Source of the DNA: Zootoca vivipara
Taxonomy: Eukaryota
DNA: 64,000 bases
Direction of reading: 5' to 3'
Assembly: GCF_963506605.1 (NCBI RefSeq)
Contig: NC_083282.1
Span: forward strand, 17,484,001 to 17,548,000
Positions 24,089-36,434 of this stretch are shown piece after piece (the first letter of the stretch is position 1; each line of letters starts with the position of its first letter). A program made the translations under genes and the position numbers. The notes beneath the pieces are model-generated. The model had not been told where the DNA came from. It did not search any database and saw only the letters and a list, made by a program, of their open reading frames with translations.

Positions 24089-25183
24089 TGCTGTGGTGCT
24101 GCGTCAGTGGGGGAGGGCACAACCGTTCCCGCCTTTCCTTGCCACTCCCTGCGATGTGGGCAGTCTCTGACGAGATGCTGGGGGGAGTTGCAGAGAAAGC
24201 AATTCCCACCCCTTCCCTCCTTGCGTCTTGGCGCCGCTGGGGTTTGAAAAGCCCGCGCGCGCGCACGCGCTATCAATCTGCATGGGTTCCTGGTCCTGAC
24301 TGGCCCCAGGCGTGGCTTGAAAGGGTTGTTGGGGGAGTGGCTTCTCCTGCGACCGTGGGAACCAAGCCCGCTTTGCGCGCGTTGCTTGCTTGTCGCTCCA
24401 CCGGGATTCCTGTCTCACCCCCACCGCCAGAGCCGCTTTGCTCAGCTGATCCATATTACTGGGCTTTGGACCTCTCGAGAGCTCATCCTTCACCTCCTCA
24501 TGCAACCCCAAGTAGAACGCCGCTTGCATTGGGGGGGACTCTAGTTCCCACCCCAATCTGTGCACCAGCATGGTGAACTTCGCCCAATACGCGCGAACTG
24601 TCATATTTCCTTGGCGTAAATTATGAAGTTCCACCTTAGTCTGGTCCATATGACTATCTGACGAATACATCGTTTTCAAACCTTCTAGAAATAGTTTGAC
24701 ATTCTTCATGCAAGGATTCCTTGTTGCAATTAACGGTCTTAGCCACTCCCTGGCTGCCCCGGTGAGGTGCTCCACAATAAACGCTACCCTGTGCTCATCA
24801 TCAGGGAACTCATCGTGGTGCAGCTCAAGAGCATACACAATCTCAGTCTCAAAGCCCTGAAATTCCCTCGGGTCTCCATTGAACTTGCTTACTAGGGTCC
24901 CGGCTCTCCTTCCTGGCAGCACTTGGACTTGGGGTGCCCCTCCCGCCTTGTTTTTCTCTGCATCCAGCTTGTTTTGGAGGTCTACCGCCACCGCCCTTAA
25001 TTGCTGCTCTTTTTCCTGAAGCGCTCTCACCTGTTCCGCAAGTTGTAGCCGGTCGTCCTGGACCTTCTTAGTCTCCTCTCTAGCTGCCTTCAATTCCCCC
25101 TGCGCCTGCAGCGACAGCTGCTGCAGTTCTTGCTGGGCTTGCTCCGCGATCTGCCGCCATTTCTCCGCCTCTGACACGCTCAT
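23953..25183 (-). CDS. Gag (coiled coil, capsid, CCHC zinc knuckle); frame broken once in a (CG)n tract near 24250-24270
   Basis: ATG at 25183 (MSVSEAEKW); FNGDPREFQGF and LRQGNMTVRAYWAKF capsid motifs; EPMQID; the next frame gives CFLCNSPQHLVRDC (CX2CX4HX4C). Confidence 0.92.
24019..24088 (-). promoter_or_regulatory. -1 programmed ribosomal frameshift signal (G GGA AAC plus stem/pseudoknot)
   Basis: Heptamer at 24082-24088 in the gag frame; 6-nt spacer; perfect 10-bp stem (24066-24075 with 24041-24050); the -1 frame is open into the protease ORF. Confidence 0.85.
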
Positions 25184-25212
25184 CCCGGCAACTCCAAAGT
25201 AGCCCAAAAAGG

Positions 25213-25223
25213 ATTAGGAGGTT
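25213..25223 (-). promoter_or_regulatory. Self-priming-type primer binding site
   Basis: AACCTCCTAAT starts 2 nt after the 5' LTR, lacks the TGG of a tRNA PBS, and is the exact complement of ATTAGGAGGTT inside the LTR (25364-25374). Confidence 0.8.
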
Positions 25224-25225
25224 GC

Positions 25226-25653
25226 TGTCACAGGGGCCGGAGTGGACTACTTCAGAGTAACGACGCTACGCAGCTCTGCATTTTATTCTTTTATTGGTGC
25301 TGCGTATTTACAGTGCTCAAGTCATTGCTATTTACACGGAGTGATGTGGTCAGTCGGTTTCAGAACCTCCTAATGGCTTTTGGCGCGTCTTTCTCCAACA
25401 CAAAAGCTTTGGCAGACCCATCCTCTTTCCCCTCCTCTTTCTGCGTAATTCCGGAGTTGGGGGGATGGGTCTCCCGCCCTTATTCGCCCCTTCCTGTCCC
25501 ACCTGGGACCCTGGCTCCTCTACCTTGCCTGAGCCTCGGACACGACTTCCTGCTTCCCCACTGGAATCGGAACTCTCTCTGCTTCCCCCTGTGCTCGGGG
25601 ATTGGCTTGAACTTAGGAGGGGAGGGACTTCGCGATATCCCCTGTCCCTCACA
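25226..25653 (-). repeat. 5' LTR (428 bp)
   Basis: TGTGAGGGAC...CCCCTGTGACA on the minus strand; no differences from 19836-20263 found by eye; two AATAAA signals. Confidence 0.97.
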
Positions 25654-26108
25654 CCTTGGTTTACAAATTTTCGGTTTACGAACACCGCGGACCCATCTGG
25701 AACTGATTAATTCACTTTCCATTACTTTCAATGGGAAAGTTCGCTTCAGTTTATGAACGCTTCAGTTTATGAACAGACTTCCGGAACCAATTACACCCAT
25801 GCTTCGGGTTAAGTACGCTTCGGGTTGAGTACTCCGCGGACCCGTCTGGAACCAATTACACCCATGCTTCGGGTTAAGTACGCTTCGGGTTGAGTACTCC
25901 GCGGACCCGTCTGGAACGGATTAATCCACTTTCCATTACTTTCAATGGGAAAGTTTGCTTCAGTTTATGAACGCTTCGGTTTAAGTACTCCGTGGACCGT
26001 CTGGAACAGATTAATCCACTTTCCATTACTTTCAATGGGAAAGTTCGCCTCAGTACCACTGTATATAGAAAAAGGTGCTGGTGCAAAGGACACTTTAAAA
26101 GATGTGTA

Positions 26109-26345
26109 TAGTCATACCTCACGTTGTGTCCACTTCAGGTTACGTGCTTTCATGTTGCATCCCGCGGCAACCCGGAAGTTCCGGAATGGGTTACTTCCGG
26201 GTTTCGCCTCTCACACATGCGCAGAAGCGCTAAATTGCGCTTTACGCATGCGCAGAAGCGCAAATGTGGCACTTTGGCTTGCGTCAGTTCCGTGTTAAGG
26301 ACGGGCCTCCGGAACAGATCCCATCCGTAACACGAGGTTCCACTG
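26109..26345. mobile_element. Second TA-flanked Tc1/mariner-type MITE
   Basis: TA|TAGTCATACCTC ... CGAGGTTCCACTG|TA; CpG-rich, partly palindromic interior. Confidence 0.6.
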
Positions 26346-26475
26346 TATATTCACCTTATTTTGTGAGGAGTTCCAATTGATTGCTATAATGATGGGAGCA
26401 TATATTTTCCCAACCAATATAAAGCTAGATGACATTGTAACAGATCATTATTGCAACAGTACTTTGCATTGGAAT

Positions 26476-26537
26476 CCCTCTCCCTCTCCCTCTCCCTCTC
26501 CCTCTCCCTCTCCCTCTCCCTCTCCCTCTCCCTCTCT
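26476..26537. repeat. (CCCTCT)n polypyrimidine hexamer repeat
   Basis: Direct reading. Confidence 0.95.
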
Positions 26538-28299
26538 GTATGTATAGAGTAGTGGCAGTATAATGATCGGATAGTAAAAATACTGGCAGCCTGGTTTTCC
26601 TCAAGCATCTTCTCATGACTGCTGCCAAAAAGTTGTATCAAGAAACTTGGGTTTGAAAGGAAGCACCCCCCCCATCAAATTGACAGTGAAATGTTGCTTG
26701 GCTTGATTTTACCTAATCTGCCTTCTCAGCTTGGAGTTATTTTTTCTTCGCCTCCCCCCTCCCCGTTTGAGGTTAAGAAGATCTTTCCCATTCATGTCTG
26801 TGGAGCTTTTGAGCAAGACATCTCCACCTAAAAACTTTCCAGTAGATATGTGCAAAAGCCAAAAAGAGGGAAATAAATAGACCTCATTTCAACTCCCAGG
26901 CTAAGCCCCTTGTTTCTCAGGGCTGGAATGAAAAGAAACCACTTCTGTGTGGGGCTGTGATCTCAGGTAACTTCAGAAAAGCTCATCAAGTTAGATTTTT
27001 TTTTTTGAGGGAAGGGGGAACCACTTTCCTCACAGGATCCGAACCCCAAAGCGTACCATGGCTTGCCAGCTCATCTCCCATAGGAATGGGGGGGATATAT
27101 TCAGTTTGGTGTGTGTTTTAATAAGAACTTGCCTAATTAGCACTCCCTGAAACAATATGCAAACAAATTCACAGCTAGCCCTTGAAATTGCCACCCTTCT
27201 GAATTTTGTGGTGCACTTCTCCAGCCAGAGAGCGTGCAGAAAAATGCATCTATTAGTGAAAATGGCATGCAAAGATCCATTATATGAGGCAGAAAGGCTG
27301 CAAAAATGTGCATATAGGGCAAAATTGCACACAAATATATGTATATAAGAAGAAGTGGACATTTAAATGGTGGTGGGTTTTCATGAGGGCTTTTTTTTTT
27401 AAGTCACAAACTGATGGGGAAATGTTGCAAGCTGAATTTGAGATTGGAAATGTGAGAAGCTGAGAGAAACTGACAGATCACCTGACCCGACCCAGATCAA
27501 CTTAGAACCACATAAGTCTCAATTGCCCCTGTTTACCAGTGATATGGCCCCTGTCCCATATAAATCACTAACTCCATTTTTCTTTTTCTTTTCCCTCTCC
27601 CAGGTGCCTTACTTAAATGTTGTTAAGTAATTGCTAGAGTTGTCATTTTTGATTTTGATTTGATTTGATTTATTGTTACGGTTCTTGACCAGCACACATA
27701 AATTTGCAAATATATGTCCTTTTTTTTTAGAGAGAAGATGTCATTTTTTTTTTTTTTAGAGAAGAGCTTCCTCCAGAGTGTCTCTAGAAGTCAAGTGCCT
27801 TAGTGACAGAGGGTGGAGGTTTAATCTTCTCTCATGCAAATTCTTTCACGAGGAACTCTAAGGCACTGCATAAAGCTCAGGCTGCTAAATCACACCTTGT
27901 TGAGGCACATTTTGTACTGTCAATAACAGGTTAGAGGCTGATAGTGCTTTCCCTAACCAACAGGACAAAACACTATTTTGATTTTTCAAACAGCGCATGT
28001 CAAGTTGCTGGTGCGTACAAGACCATACTGCGGATGGAGTTGAAACATTCAGGAACGTGATTGGGAACTGCTCAGGCAGCCAGGCTTGTTACATGTTGGG
28101 GTGTTACAAGCTTGTCATCTGAATTTTTGGAAAGTTCATTAATTACATTTATAGCCTTCCTTTGTTCTGTCATGGAGCACAAAGTGGATTTTACAGGGTT
28201 CCTGTGTGATTTCCCTTTCAGGCACTGACCAGACCCAGATCCGTTTAGCTTTGGCAAGGTTCCTGCATCAGGTGTCTTCAAAATACTGTATCAAAAATG

Positions 28300-28730
28300 T
28301 GTGCAACAACAGCAGCGAGGATACTACTGGCCCAGAAATGGAAAGAAGATAAAGTTTCAACCAGAGAGGAATGACTGATGAAGATGATGGACTATGGTGA
28401 AAATGACTGGGAAAATCAGAAACCAGGAAGAGAAGAATTTTAAGAAGGAATGGGAAAAAAATAATAATGTACTTAGGAGAAAATTGTAAACAACTAAAAA
28501 CTTTGGCAGGATTAGAGTAATGCTTGTAATGTACAAGAATCCAATGGAAAAATGGATACAGTACTACCCGTTTAACAACTTAGAGGAAATAAGATAAGCA
28601 AATGGAAAATTGGATTGATAATGGTAATCATGGAAGGGCGGGGGGAAGTCAAGGGATTCAGAGGTGATTGATGTGTTTGAATATAAATTTGTTATGTAAA
28701 ACTTAATAAAAATATTATATATATAATAAA
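28300..28730 (+). mobile_element. L1-clade LINE 3' end
   Basis: ATTAARILLAQKWKEDKVSTREE*LMKMMDY (decayed ORF2 C-terminus); A-rich UTR with AATAAA. Confidence 0.75.
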
Positions 28731-28949
28731 GAATCTAAGAAGAGCCTGCTGGATCAGGCCAATAGAAAAGGTCACTCTGGAAAAGTAAGTGCTTGCCCGC
28801 CCTCCAAGGCGACGGCTTCTTCTGCTCATGGGGGCTGGTCAAGAAAGACAGCCCAGCTCCCTATTCTTGCAGCCAATTATTTGCCAAGTTTAAAATATTA
28901 AAAACATTTATAGTTTGAGCAGATAAGAAATTAATTGAGGATATATATG

Positions 28950-29270
28950 TCTGCCCGCACACTGAGGTCCAACTCCGAGGGCCGTCTGGCGGTTCCCTTG
29001 CTACGAGAAGCCAAGTTACAGAGAACCAGGCAGAGGGCCTTCTCGGTAGTGGCACCCACCCTGTGGAGTGCCCTCCCACCAGAGGTCAAAGAGAATAACA
29101 ATTACCAGACCTTTAGAAGGCATCTCAAGGCAGCCCTGTTTAGGGAAGCTATTAATGTTTGATGGATTTCTGTATTTTAATATTTTGTTGGAAGCCGCCC
29201 AGAGTGGCTGGGGGAACCCGGCCAGATGGGCGGGGTATAAATAATAAATTATTAATTAATTAATTAATTA

Positions 29271-29313
<43 letters not shown>
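28950..29313 (+). mobile_element. L2-clade LINE 3' end
   Basis: RTLRS...RAFSVVAPTLWSALP...FRRHLKAALF; 3' UTR GGAAGCCGCCCAGAG; (ATT)n tail. Confidence 0.88.
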
Positions 29314-29315
<2 letters not shown>

Positions 29316-29921
29316 CTTTGAGCATTTTACAAACATTCTTTCAAAATGAGAACATTAGAAGTATAAATTAGCACCTCTCACTTATCTGAAACTTCATAAA
29401 AGGGCATCTTGCTTTCTGAAAAACTGTATGTCTCCCATGAAGTGTATTCTAAAATCAACAGAAATAATTTTGAACCAGGTAACAGGAAGGCTAGGAATGG
29501 ATACCCATGAGCCTTCACCTCAAATGAAACCAATGCTACAGTGTCAAACCTGCCTCCTATTCCTTCCATTTTTGTGTATTGGGAATCATGTGGTGGACAC
29601 CATAGAGTCAGTCTTTGGATACGTTTGGTGTTGTCCTTAGAACCAAATTTCTTCATACAGGCAACTCCCAGTTTAGGTGCATCAGAATGACACGATTGCA
29701 CACCTGTGCAAGGCACCAACCCCAGAAGATGTTGTGAAAAGGGGTGGAATGAAGTGGGCTGGGGTGGGAGAGGAACAGGGTGTGGCAGGCTTACACACAC
29801 TCCGCTAATGCACATGCAGAGAGGGGATGTCCAGAACGACATCTCCACACAAAATGAAGATTTTCATGTGGCTTATCCACATTTACCTTTTGCCCCATGC
29901 TTTCTAGGCATAGGTCTATAC

Positions 29922-30048
29922 CAGGCATCCCCAAACTGCGGTTTTCCAGATGTTTTAGCCTACAACTCCCATGATCCCTAGCTAACAGGACCAGTGGTCA
30001 GGGATGATGGGAATTGTAGTCCAAAAATCTGAAGTTTGGGGATGCCTG
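29922..30048. mobile_element. hAT-type MITE
   Basis: CAGGCATCCCCAAACT TIRs; degenerate TSD. Confidence 0.85.
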
Positions 30049-31899
30049 GCCTACATCTTCCCTGTCCATGCCCCAGTGCTTTATTTTTGCCCCTGTTGCT
30101 TTCCCCAGGAAAACTCAATATTTACTGCTGAATTGGGGCAAACAACAATTCAGGTTAATGAATTTTTACCTGGACCATCTAGGCTGCATAGAGGGCTCAT
30201 CCCTACTATTTTGCACCATACTTTCCAGGAACAGGTCTGTGCTTTAAAGCAATCCGTGGAGAATCCGGGGGGAAAGGAGGGGAGATTAATTTTTGGATTG
30301 GGGTTTATGCTTTCTTTTAGGATGCCTGTTCAGATTTTGTGTGTGTGTGTGTTTTGTATAGATTAAGGTCAAAGAGATTTTATCAGGTAGATGACAAGAT
30401 TCTTAGAAAGGTTTATAGCTTCCCTCTCTTGGATATATTTGAGATTAATTTATTTTTAAAGCAATGCATTTTGATAATATTTGTTGTGCCTGCTATAACA
30501 ACAACAACATCATCATCAATGCACGCCACATAAATTATCTGATCCCCTCCACCTTTCTTGTATCATTGCTATTTGCTTGTATGCACCCCGGGCAAGAGGA
30601 ACAGTGTGTGCATGCTCACATTCACCCATACACAGAATCAAGTGCATTTGGCACACTATAATCTAAGTAAACAGTCAAAGGCCTCCACTGCGAAACCCTG
30701 ATATCCTGCTGATTCTTTGTCCTTTCCTGCAGATCTTTAAGCTTTTCCCCTGGGGAATGGAAAGACATGGCCCTTCCACAATTAATTTTTTTAAAAAACC
30801 AAACAGGTCTATGTATTAACTAGACAGAATAATCAGGATTCCTTGCTTGTCTTAGTCTGTAAATTCAATATAACAGACTACTGGGAATAGAGTTATTTAA
30901 AAAAAGACGCTAAGAAGATGCTGTAATCAAAAACTTAATGAGCTGTGTATAATCTGTCAATAGCAGAGTGATAAATGGATAAACGGGGTATCTCGAAAAA
31001 CATCAATGGCAGCTTTGTTCCGTCAGAGGCAGAACTGGTGAGGAAATGCTTCAGTACAATTGCCACTCAATTGAATGATGCTAGAGAGACCTGGATTATA
31101 GTTTTAAATATGGCCTTCCCCAAGTGGCTCGTGTGAGATTTTCCTCTTGAGTCTGTAGTACAAATTTTTCAATGGTTGCATGTGATTTTTTTAAATGTAG
31201 GAATTTCAGGCAAAGTATCCCCCCCCACTCCACATCAGCAAAGCATGGGGGGGGGGATTAGAAGTGGATTGAAAATGCAGTTTTAAAAAGGCTGACAAGT
31301 ACCCAAATATCTATCAACTCTTCTCCATCTGTGCTATACTGTAGTTGACACAAATGTGGGGAGAAAATTCACAAATTATCTGTTTAATTCTGATTGCAAG
31401 AATTCAAGTGTTATCTTCTCCTAATCTCCCGTGATCTCATCAAACTGTGCACTACCTTTTTTGACCTGGAGTAAATATGCATGTGAAACAACAGCTTAGA
31501 ATTTATGACTGCTAACACCACAAAAACCATGACCGCAGTATAGCCTAGAGTGAAATGCTCCCATGAGCAACATTAAAGGAATGGCAGGAGAAATAACTGA
31601 TTGTAATTCAAACAGGAAAATTGACTATCCATAGATGGGATCTAAGAAAGAGAATTACTCCCATAGGTTTCACATGTAATTAATTTTAATAGGGGAAAGG
31701 GCTAGTATTTGAGCCTTGAAAGCATCACAAATCCAGTTAAGGGACTTGTTTTGTTTCACCATACAGAAGGCCAATTCACATGGTCTGCAGTTTTCTAATG
31801 GTAAAGTGTTTCTGCAGAAGCATCCATACATGGTTGACTTTCAAATCTCCAGCTTTTTAAAATGGCCTAATAAATGCTAGAATCACCTAATAACAATGA

Positions 31900-31900
<1 letters not shown>

Positions 31901-31940
<40 letters not shown>
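31901..31940. repeat. (CA)n microsatellite
   Basis: Direct reading. Confidence 0.95.
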
Positions 31941-31942
<2 letters not shown>

Positions 31943-33371
31943 TGGAACTTGTTTTTTCCAAGTTAGTATACTGCATGCTTTCCCCCACCCCTCCTGGGAC
32001 CTCGTGTAGAGTGAATAGGGATGCTTGATGGATTTCTTCTTTGCAAATTCTGATATGAACTGACCTGAAACAACCCCCCTGAACTAATGTATGGGGATGA
32101 ATGCAGCGATCCTTTGAATTTCACACTTCTTCAGTTTTTGTGATACAGTTCCTGACTCAAAGGATATACCAAAATTCCTATCAAAATGTTTATTTTAAGA
32201 TAAAAAAAACATTTAGAGTGGGTATCTCGAGAGAAAATATGTATGCATTTATTTATTTAAAATATCCATGAAAATTGCAACAGATTCATGCAAAAATGTG
32301 ACAGGATAGACTTAGGAGTGGTCACATCAAATTGGCCAAAGCTATGCCAAAAAATGGGGAAAGTCACACCAAAAAAAAATGTTTCGGTCCACCATATTGA
32401 TTTAAAATGGTGCCTAGTGTCCAAACAGTGATGAAGTTCATTGCCCACACCTTGGGAACCCACGGACCAGGTTTGCTGAGGCAGCCAAAGGCATGCTAAA
32501 AATGGGCAAAAGCATGCCAAAGTCAAATTTTGGTCTGCCATCTAGATTCAAAATGGAGGCCAGAATCCCAACACACATGAAAACTGCTGCCCACAATGTG
32601 GGAACCCTTGTGCTGAATTTAGTAATAATATCTCAAGAGGCAACTGAACCTACAGAGAACAGATGGGCAGATGAACTAACTGACAAACCACTTTCCAAGA
32701 GTACATAGATGGATAGAAGATAGATAGTAGACAATGGCCCTCAATCAGTTAACAGAGAATCGGCTAATTTTGCATAGCCCAGCAGTCTGAAAGTTCAAAC
32801 GATAAACATTTCTCAGCATGAATAACCTGAAATGCATTTCAAGAAAAAGTCATTAAAGACACTGGTTTCTAATACATTTTGCAGCTTCTTCATGCTGAGC
32901 AGTGCAGAAATGGGGGGGGACGGGGGTTTACAACTAAGTGTCACTTTGTCACTGGACCATCCCAAAATGTGCAATTAGAATCTGGTAATGAATAATAAAC
33001 TGCAGGGTCTTTGTATGTGCCTATCCAGAAATTATAGTTCCATATGCTAATTATGAGCATTAGCATTCCCAAATACATACAATGTGGGACTGAGTATCTT
33101 AGCAGTTATACACAAGTTCTTCTTCATGTTATATGTTACCTCAAACAGTGCTTACAAGGAAGAGGAAGAGTTGTACGTAGCCTGATCACCTGTAAGTTGC
33201 CTGTCTGTGTATAGACCTGTAATGACTTTGACCGTCTGAGGGACCACTACTCATGGCACCCCACCCCACAGATGTCTGAAGATGACAGGCCCCACTGACT
33301 CAAGGACCTTGACCACCCACCCCAAATAGTTTTTAAATGTATAGTTCCATGTAGGGGCCTTAATTCACGTA

Positions 33372-33668
33372 CAGTGGTGCCTTGAAGTACGAATTCAATC
33401 CGTTCCGAAGACACCTTCATAAGTTGAAAAATTCGTAAGTCAAAAAACGCCATTGGAAACGCAATTTCCCATAGGAATGCATTGAAAACGGAAAAATTCG
33501 TTAAGTCGAAGCAACCCTATCTAAAAATTCGTAAGTCAAAAAATCCCTATCTAAAACTGCTGGGGTTTCCCCCCGGATGTTGAGACATTCATAAGCGTGC
33601 AGCCATTACCCCCATTAGTAAGTGGGAAAATTCGGTTGTCGAGTCATTCGTAAGTCGAGGTACCACTG
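33372..33668. mobile_element. Tc1/mariner (Tigger-like) MITE
   Basis: TA|CAGTGGTGCCTTGA ... TCGAGGTACCACTG|TA; TIRs and TA TSD. Confidence 0.85.
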
Positions 33669-34298
33669 TACAATGAATGAGGCCGCCACTCAATGAAGTG
33701 TTCAAAAACAATGCATTTGATAACAGCTAATCCATTCTGTTGTTCTGGAGTAAGATTCCATGTGATTAGGGTATATCCTGGCAATGCTATGAGTTACTAC
33801 AACCTTATTGAATTGCATTAATGTTTTTGATGAATTTGTTGTTTGCTTTATATGCTATTATGTTTAATATTATAGTGTTGCTTTTCTTTTTTAAATGCTA
33901 TTGAGATTTTTTAAAACCACTTTGACCTCAACATTTGTTGTAAGGAAAGCAGGATGCAAATATTAAGTAAGCTCAACTATGGAAGATGATAGGGGGGTGC
34001 CCTGAAAACTGCCCCAAACCTCTGGCCTACCTGGCAGCAAGGCAATATGCCAAGTTTGAGGGACAATCCACACAAGCAAAGTCCAAAGGTCAGGAAACAC
34101 AATCCAGACTCAAACCCAAAGCACAGTCCCATAGGCCCATCAACATAGGCAGATACACAGACCCACTCCAGCTGAGGAATCACACGCCTTCTCCCAGAAC
34201 TAGTAAGCTTCACCTGGCCAGTTAGAGAGCTGGGCTGTGGGCCCTTGCCTGCCTCAGCCTCTTAAAGTGCCCCTCCTGCTGCTCCCTATGCTTTAGAG

Positions 34299-34394
34299 CA
34301 GGCATCCCCAAACTGCGGCCCTCCAGATGTTTTGGACTACAATTCCCATCATCCCTGACCACTGGGGTCCTGTTAGCTAGGGATCATGGGAGTT
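34299..34394. mobile_element. hAT-type MITE, right arm lost at the CR1 junction
   Basis: Left ~95 bp of the family consensus abuts the CR1 tail directly. Confidence 0.85.
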
Positions 34395-34868
34395 CATAGA
34401 ATCATAGAGTTGGAAGAGACCACAAGGGCCATCCAGTCCAACCCCCTGCCAAGCAGGAAACACCATCAAAGCATTCTTGACATATGGCTGTCAAGCCTCT
34501 GCTTAAAGACCTCCAAAGAAGGAGACTCCACCACACTCCTTGGCAGCAAATTCCACTGCCGAACAGCTCTTACTGTCAGGAAGTTCTTCCTAATGTTTAG
34601 GTGGAATCTTCTTTCTTGTAGTTTGAATCCATTGCTCTGTGTCCGCTTCTCTGGAGCAGCAGAAAACAACCTTTCACCCTCCTCTATATGACATGCTTTT
34701 ATATATTTGAATATGGCTATCATATCACCCCTTAACCTTCTCTTCTCCAGGCTAAACATACCCAGCTCCCTAAGCCGTTCCTCATAAGGCATTGTTTCCA
34801 GGCCTTTGACCATTTTGGTTGCCCTCCTCTGGACACGTTCCAGCTTGTCAGTATCCTTCTTGAACTGT
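34395..34868 (-). mobile_element. CR1 LINE 3' fragment
   Basis: QFKKDTDKLERVQRRATKMVKGLE...RRLRGDMI...WNLLPRSVVESPSLEVFKQRLD, followed by an ATTCTATG-type tail. Confidence 0.95.
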
Positions 34869-36434
34869 TTCTTATGCTCTTTTATTCCTGCTAGAATATG
34901 ACCTGTTTTGGTAACAGTGGGTGGGTGGCTGGTGCTCAAGGACTTGGCGATTGTGAGAGAAGAGCTGGTAACTTAGGTAACCACCATCTTCCAAAACATC
35001 TGGAACAGCTAGCATTGTTCTTGTGGTGCTCCTTCTGACACCATTCAGTAATCAACTAGGAGGAAAAGAAGGAAAGAAACAGGAACCTTCTATGGTCTGG
35101 CAGCACCAATTTTTTCCTACATATTTTTGCATGTAATCTTGCTGTGGATGCACATTTTCTGCAAGCATTTCCCCCTAATATTATGCATGTTTACATACTA
35201 TTTTAACTAATATTTTAACATTTTTATCACACGTTACCATTGTGTGTGCATTTTTTTATATATATTCCTTAGCAGGAAAAGTACAAATTTTGAAGGATGA
35301 CTCTCTTTCAGTTTGCTTAATGCTTCTGAAAGTATGAATTTTATCGATGTCCCTTTAAATGCAAGCTAATTCCCATTTATCCCCAATCCCTAATCACAAC
35401 ATTCACACATTTCTTCCTGTTGATGAACCCCTAAGATCTGTTGGTTCCAACCAGCTTCCACTTGCAGCACTGTGTAGTGCATAGCCTTCTGTTATGAAAA
35501 CCTGCAACTGCAATTTCAGCAAGCAACTCAATACTTAGTATTGGTAGGGAAAATATTTGCAAAATGTTTACATTTCTTTCAAAGTACATCTCTCTCCCTA
35601 GAGGGCATCTGTGAAGAATGCTATTGTGCTTGCAGATTTTACGACCTGTTTATTTCCCCTAGATCTATACACATATTATCATTACTGTACATATTCAGGC
35701 TTCTTATTTTCATTCTTTCCAAATGTTGCAGAAATGGCCTGGCAGTTTTTATTAATGCACGCCTCCACAAGGGCTGTCAATAACTATTCATCAACGTGTC
35801 TTTACCGGCCAGTTGTTTTCAGCATTTTGCCATGCCTGTAATATGTTGTGATAATGTTAGTTTAAAATAGCTATGGTTCCAGTCACTTCGCATCAGCCCC
35901 CAAAAGGCTGACAGCCCATAGGAAGAAAGAACTGCTTACTACTAAAACAGAGTACAATGGATACAACTGGTTTGGGGGGAGGATTGGGGCCCCAATCTAA
36001 CTTAAAACAGCTGTACACATCCAATCTAACTTAAAACGGGTTAGATAAAACTGCCCTGAACTTCTTGGGGCCAAAGGTTTGGGGTGAAAAATGTGTGTGT
36101 GTGTGGGGGGGGGTGCTCACTTAGTGCTTTATCAGGATTTAGTCCCAATATGTTGGCCCTCACCCAGCCTACCACAGCATTTAGGCTCTGGTTCAAAACA
36201 GCAACAGCGTATCCCAATTCAAAGGTAACAGAGGATTAGAGATGGGTGTCATCAGTGTATTAGTGACATTGTGGTCCAAATTTCCTACTGACCACCCTTT
36301 AGATAGATCTTAAACAACATTGGGGATAAATTTGCATCTCACAGCACAACTGCCAGGGCATAGCCACATAGCGTGGTATTCAACGAAGCCTTACTCAGAG
36401 TAGACCTATTGAAATTAATGGACCTAACAGAATA

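Larger units (their letters stand above)
19836..25653 (-). mobile_element. Full-length Ty3/Gypsy (chromovirus, Tf1/sushi-like) LTR retrotransposon, 5818 bp
   Basis: Two 428-bp TG...CA LTRs; TSD CCTTG (19831-19835 and 25654-25658); order gag-PR-RT-RH-IN-chromodomain; PPT adjacent to the 3' LTR. Confidence 0.98.
19807..26061. mobile_element. Tc1/mariner (pogo/Tigger-like) non-autonomous element hosting the LTR retrotransposon
   Basis: TA|CAGTGGAACCTCGG at 19805-19820; sequence resumes after the TSD with internal repeats (65-bp unit at 25783 and 25848) and ends GTACCACTG|TA at 26061. An alternative right end lies at 26345. Confidence 0.75.

Noticed and set aside
23953-25183. Domesticated PEG10/RTL-type host gene
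   Set aside because: Flanked by identical LTRs and a TSD, with a complete pol; a recent mobile copy rather than a domesticated gene.
25205-25225. Canonical tRNA primer binding site
   Set aside because: Sequence after the LTR begins GCAACC, not TGG; internal LTR complementarity explains it.
25690-26050. Repeat-spacer-like array resembling CRISPR
   Set aside because: Eukaryotic context, units repeat wholesale without unique spacers, no cas genes; these are internal repeats of a MITE.
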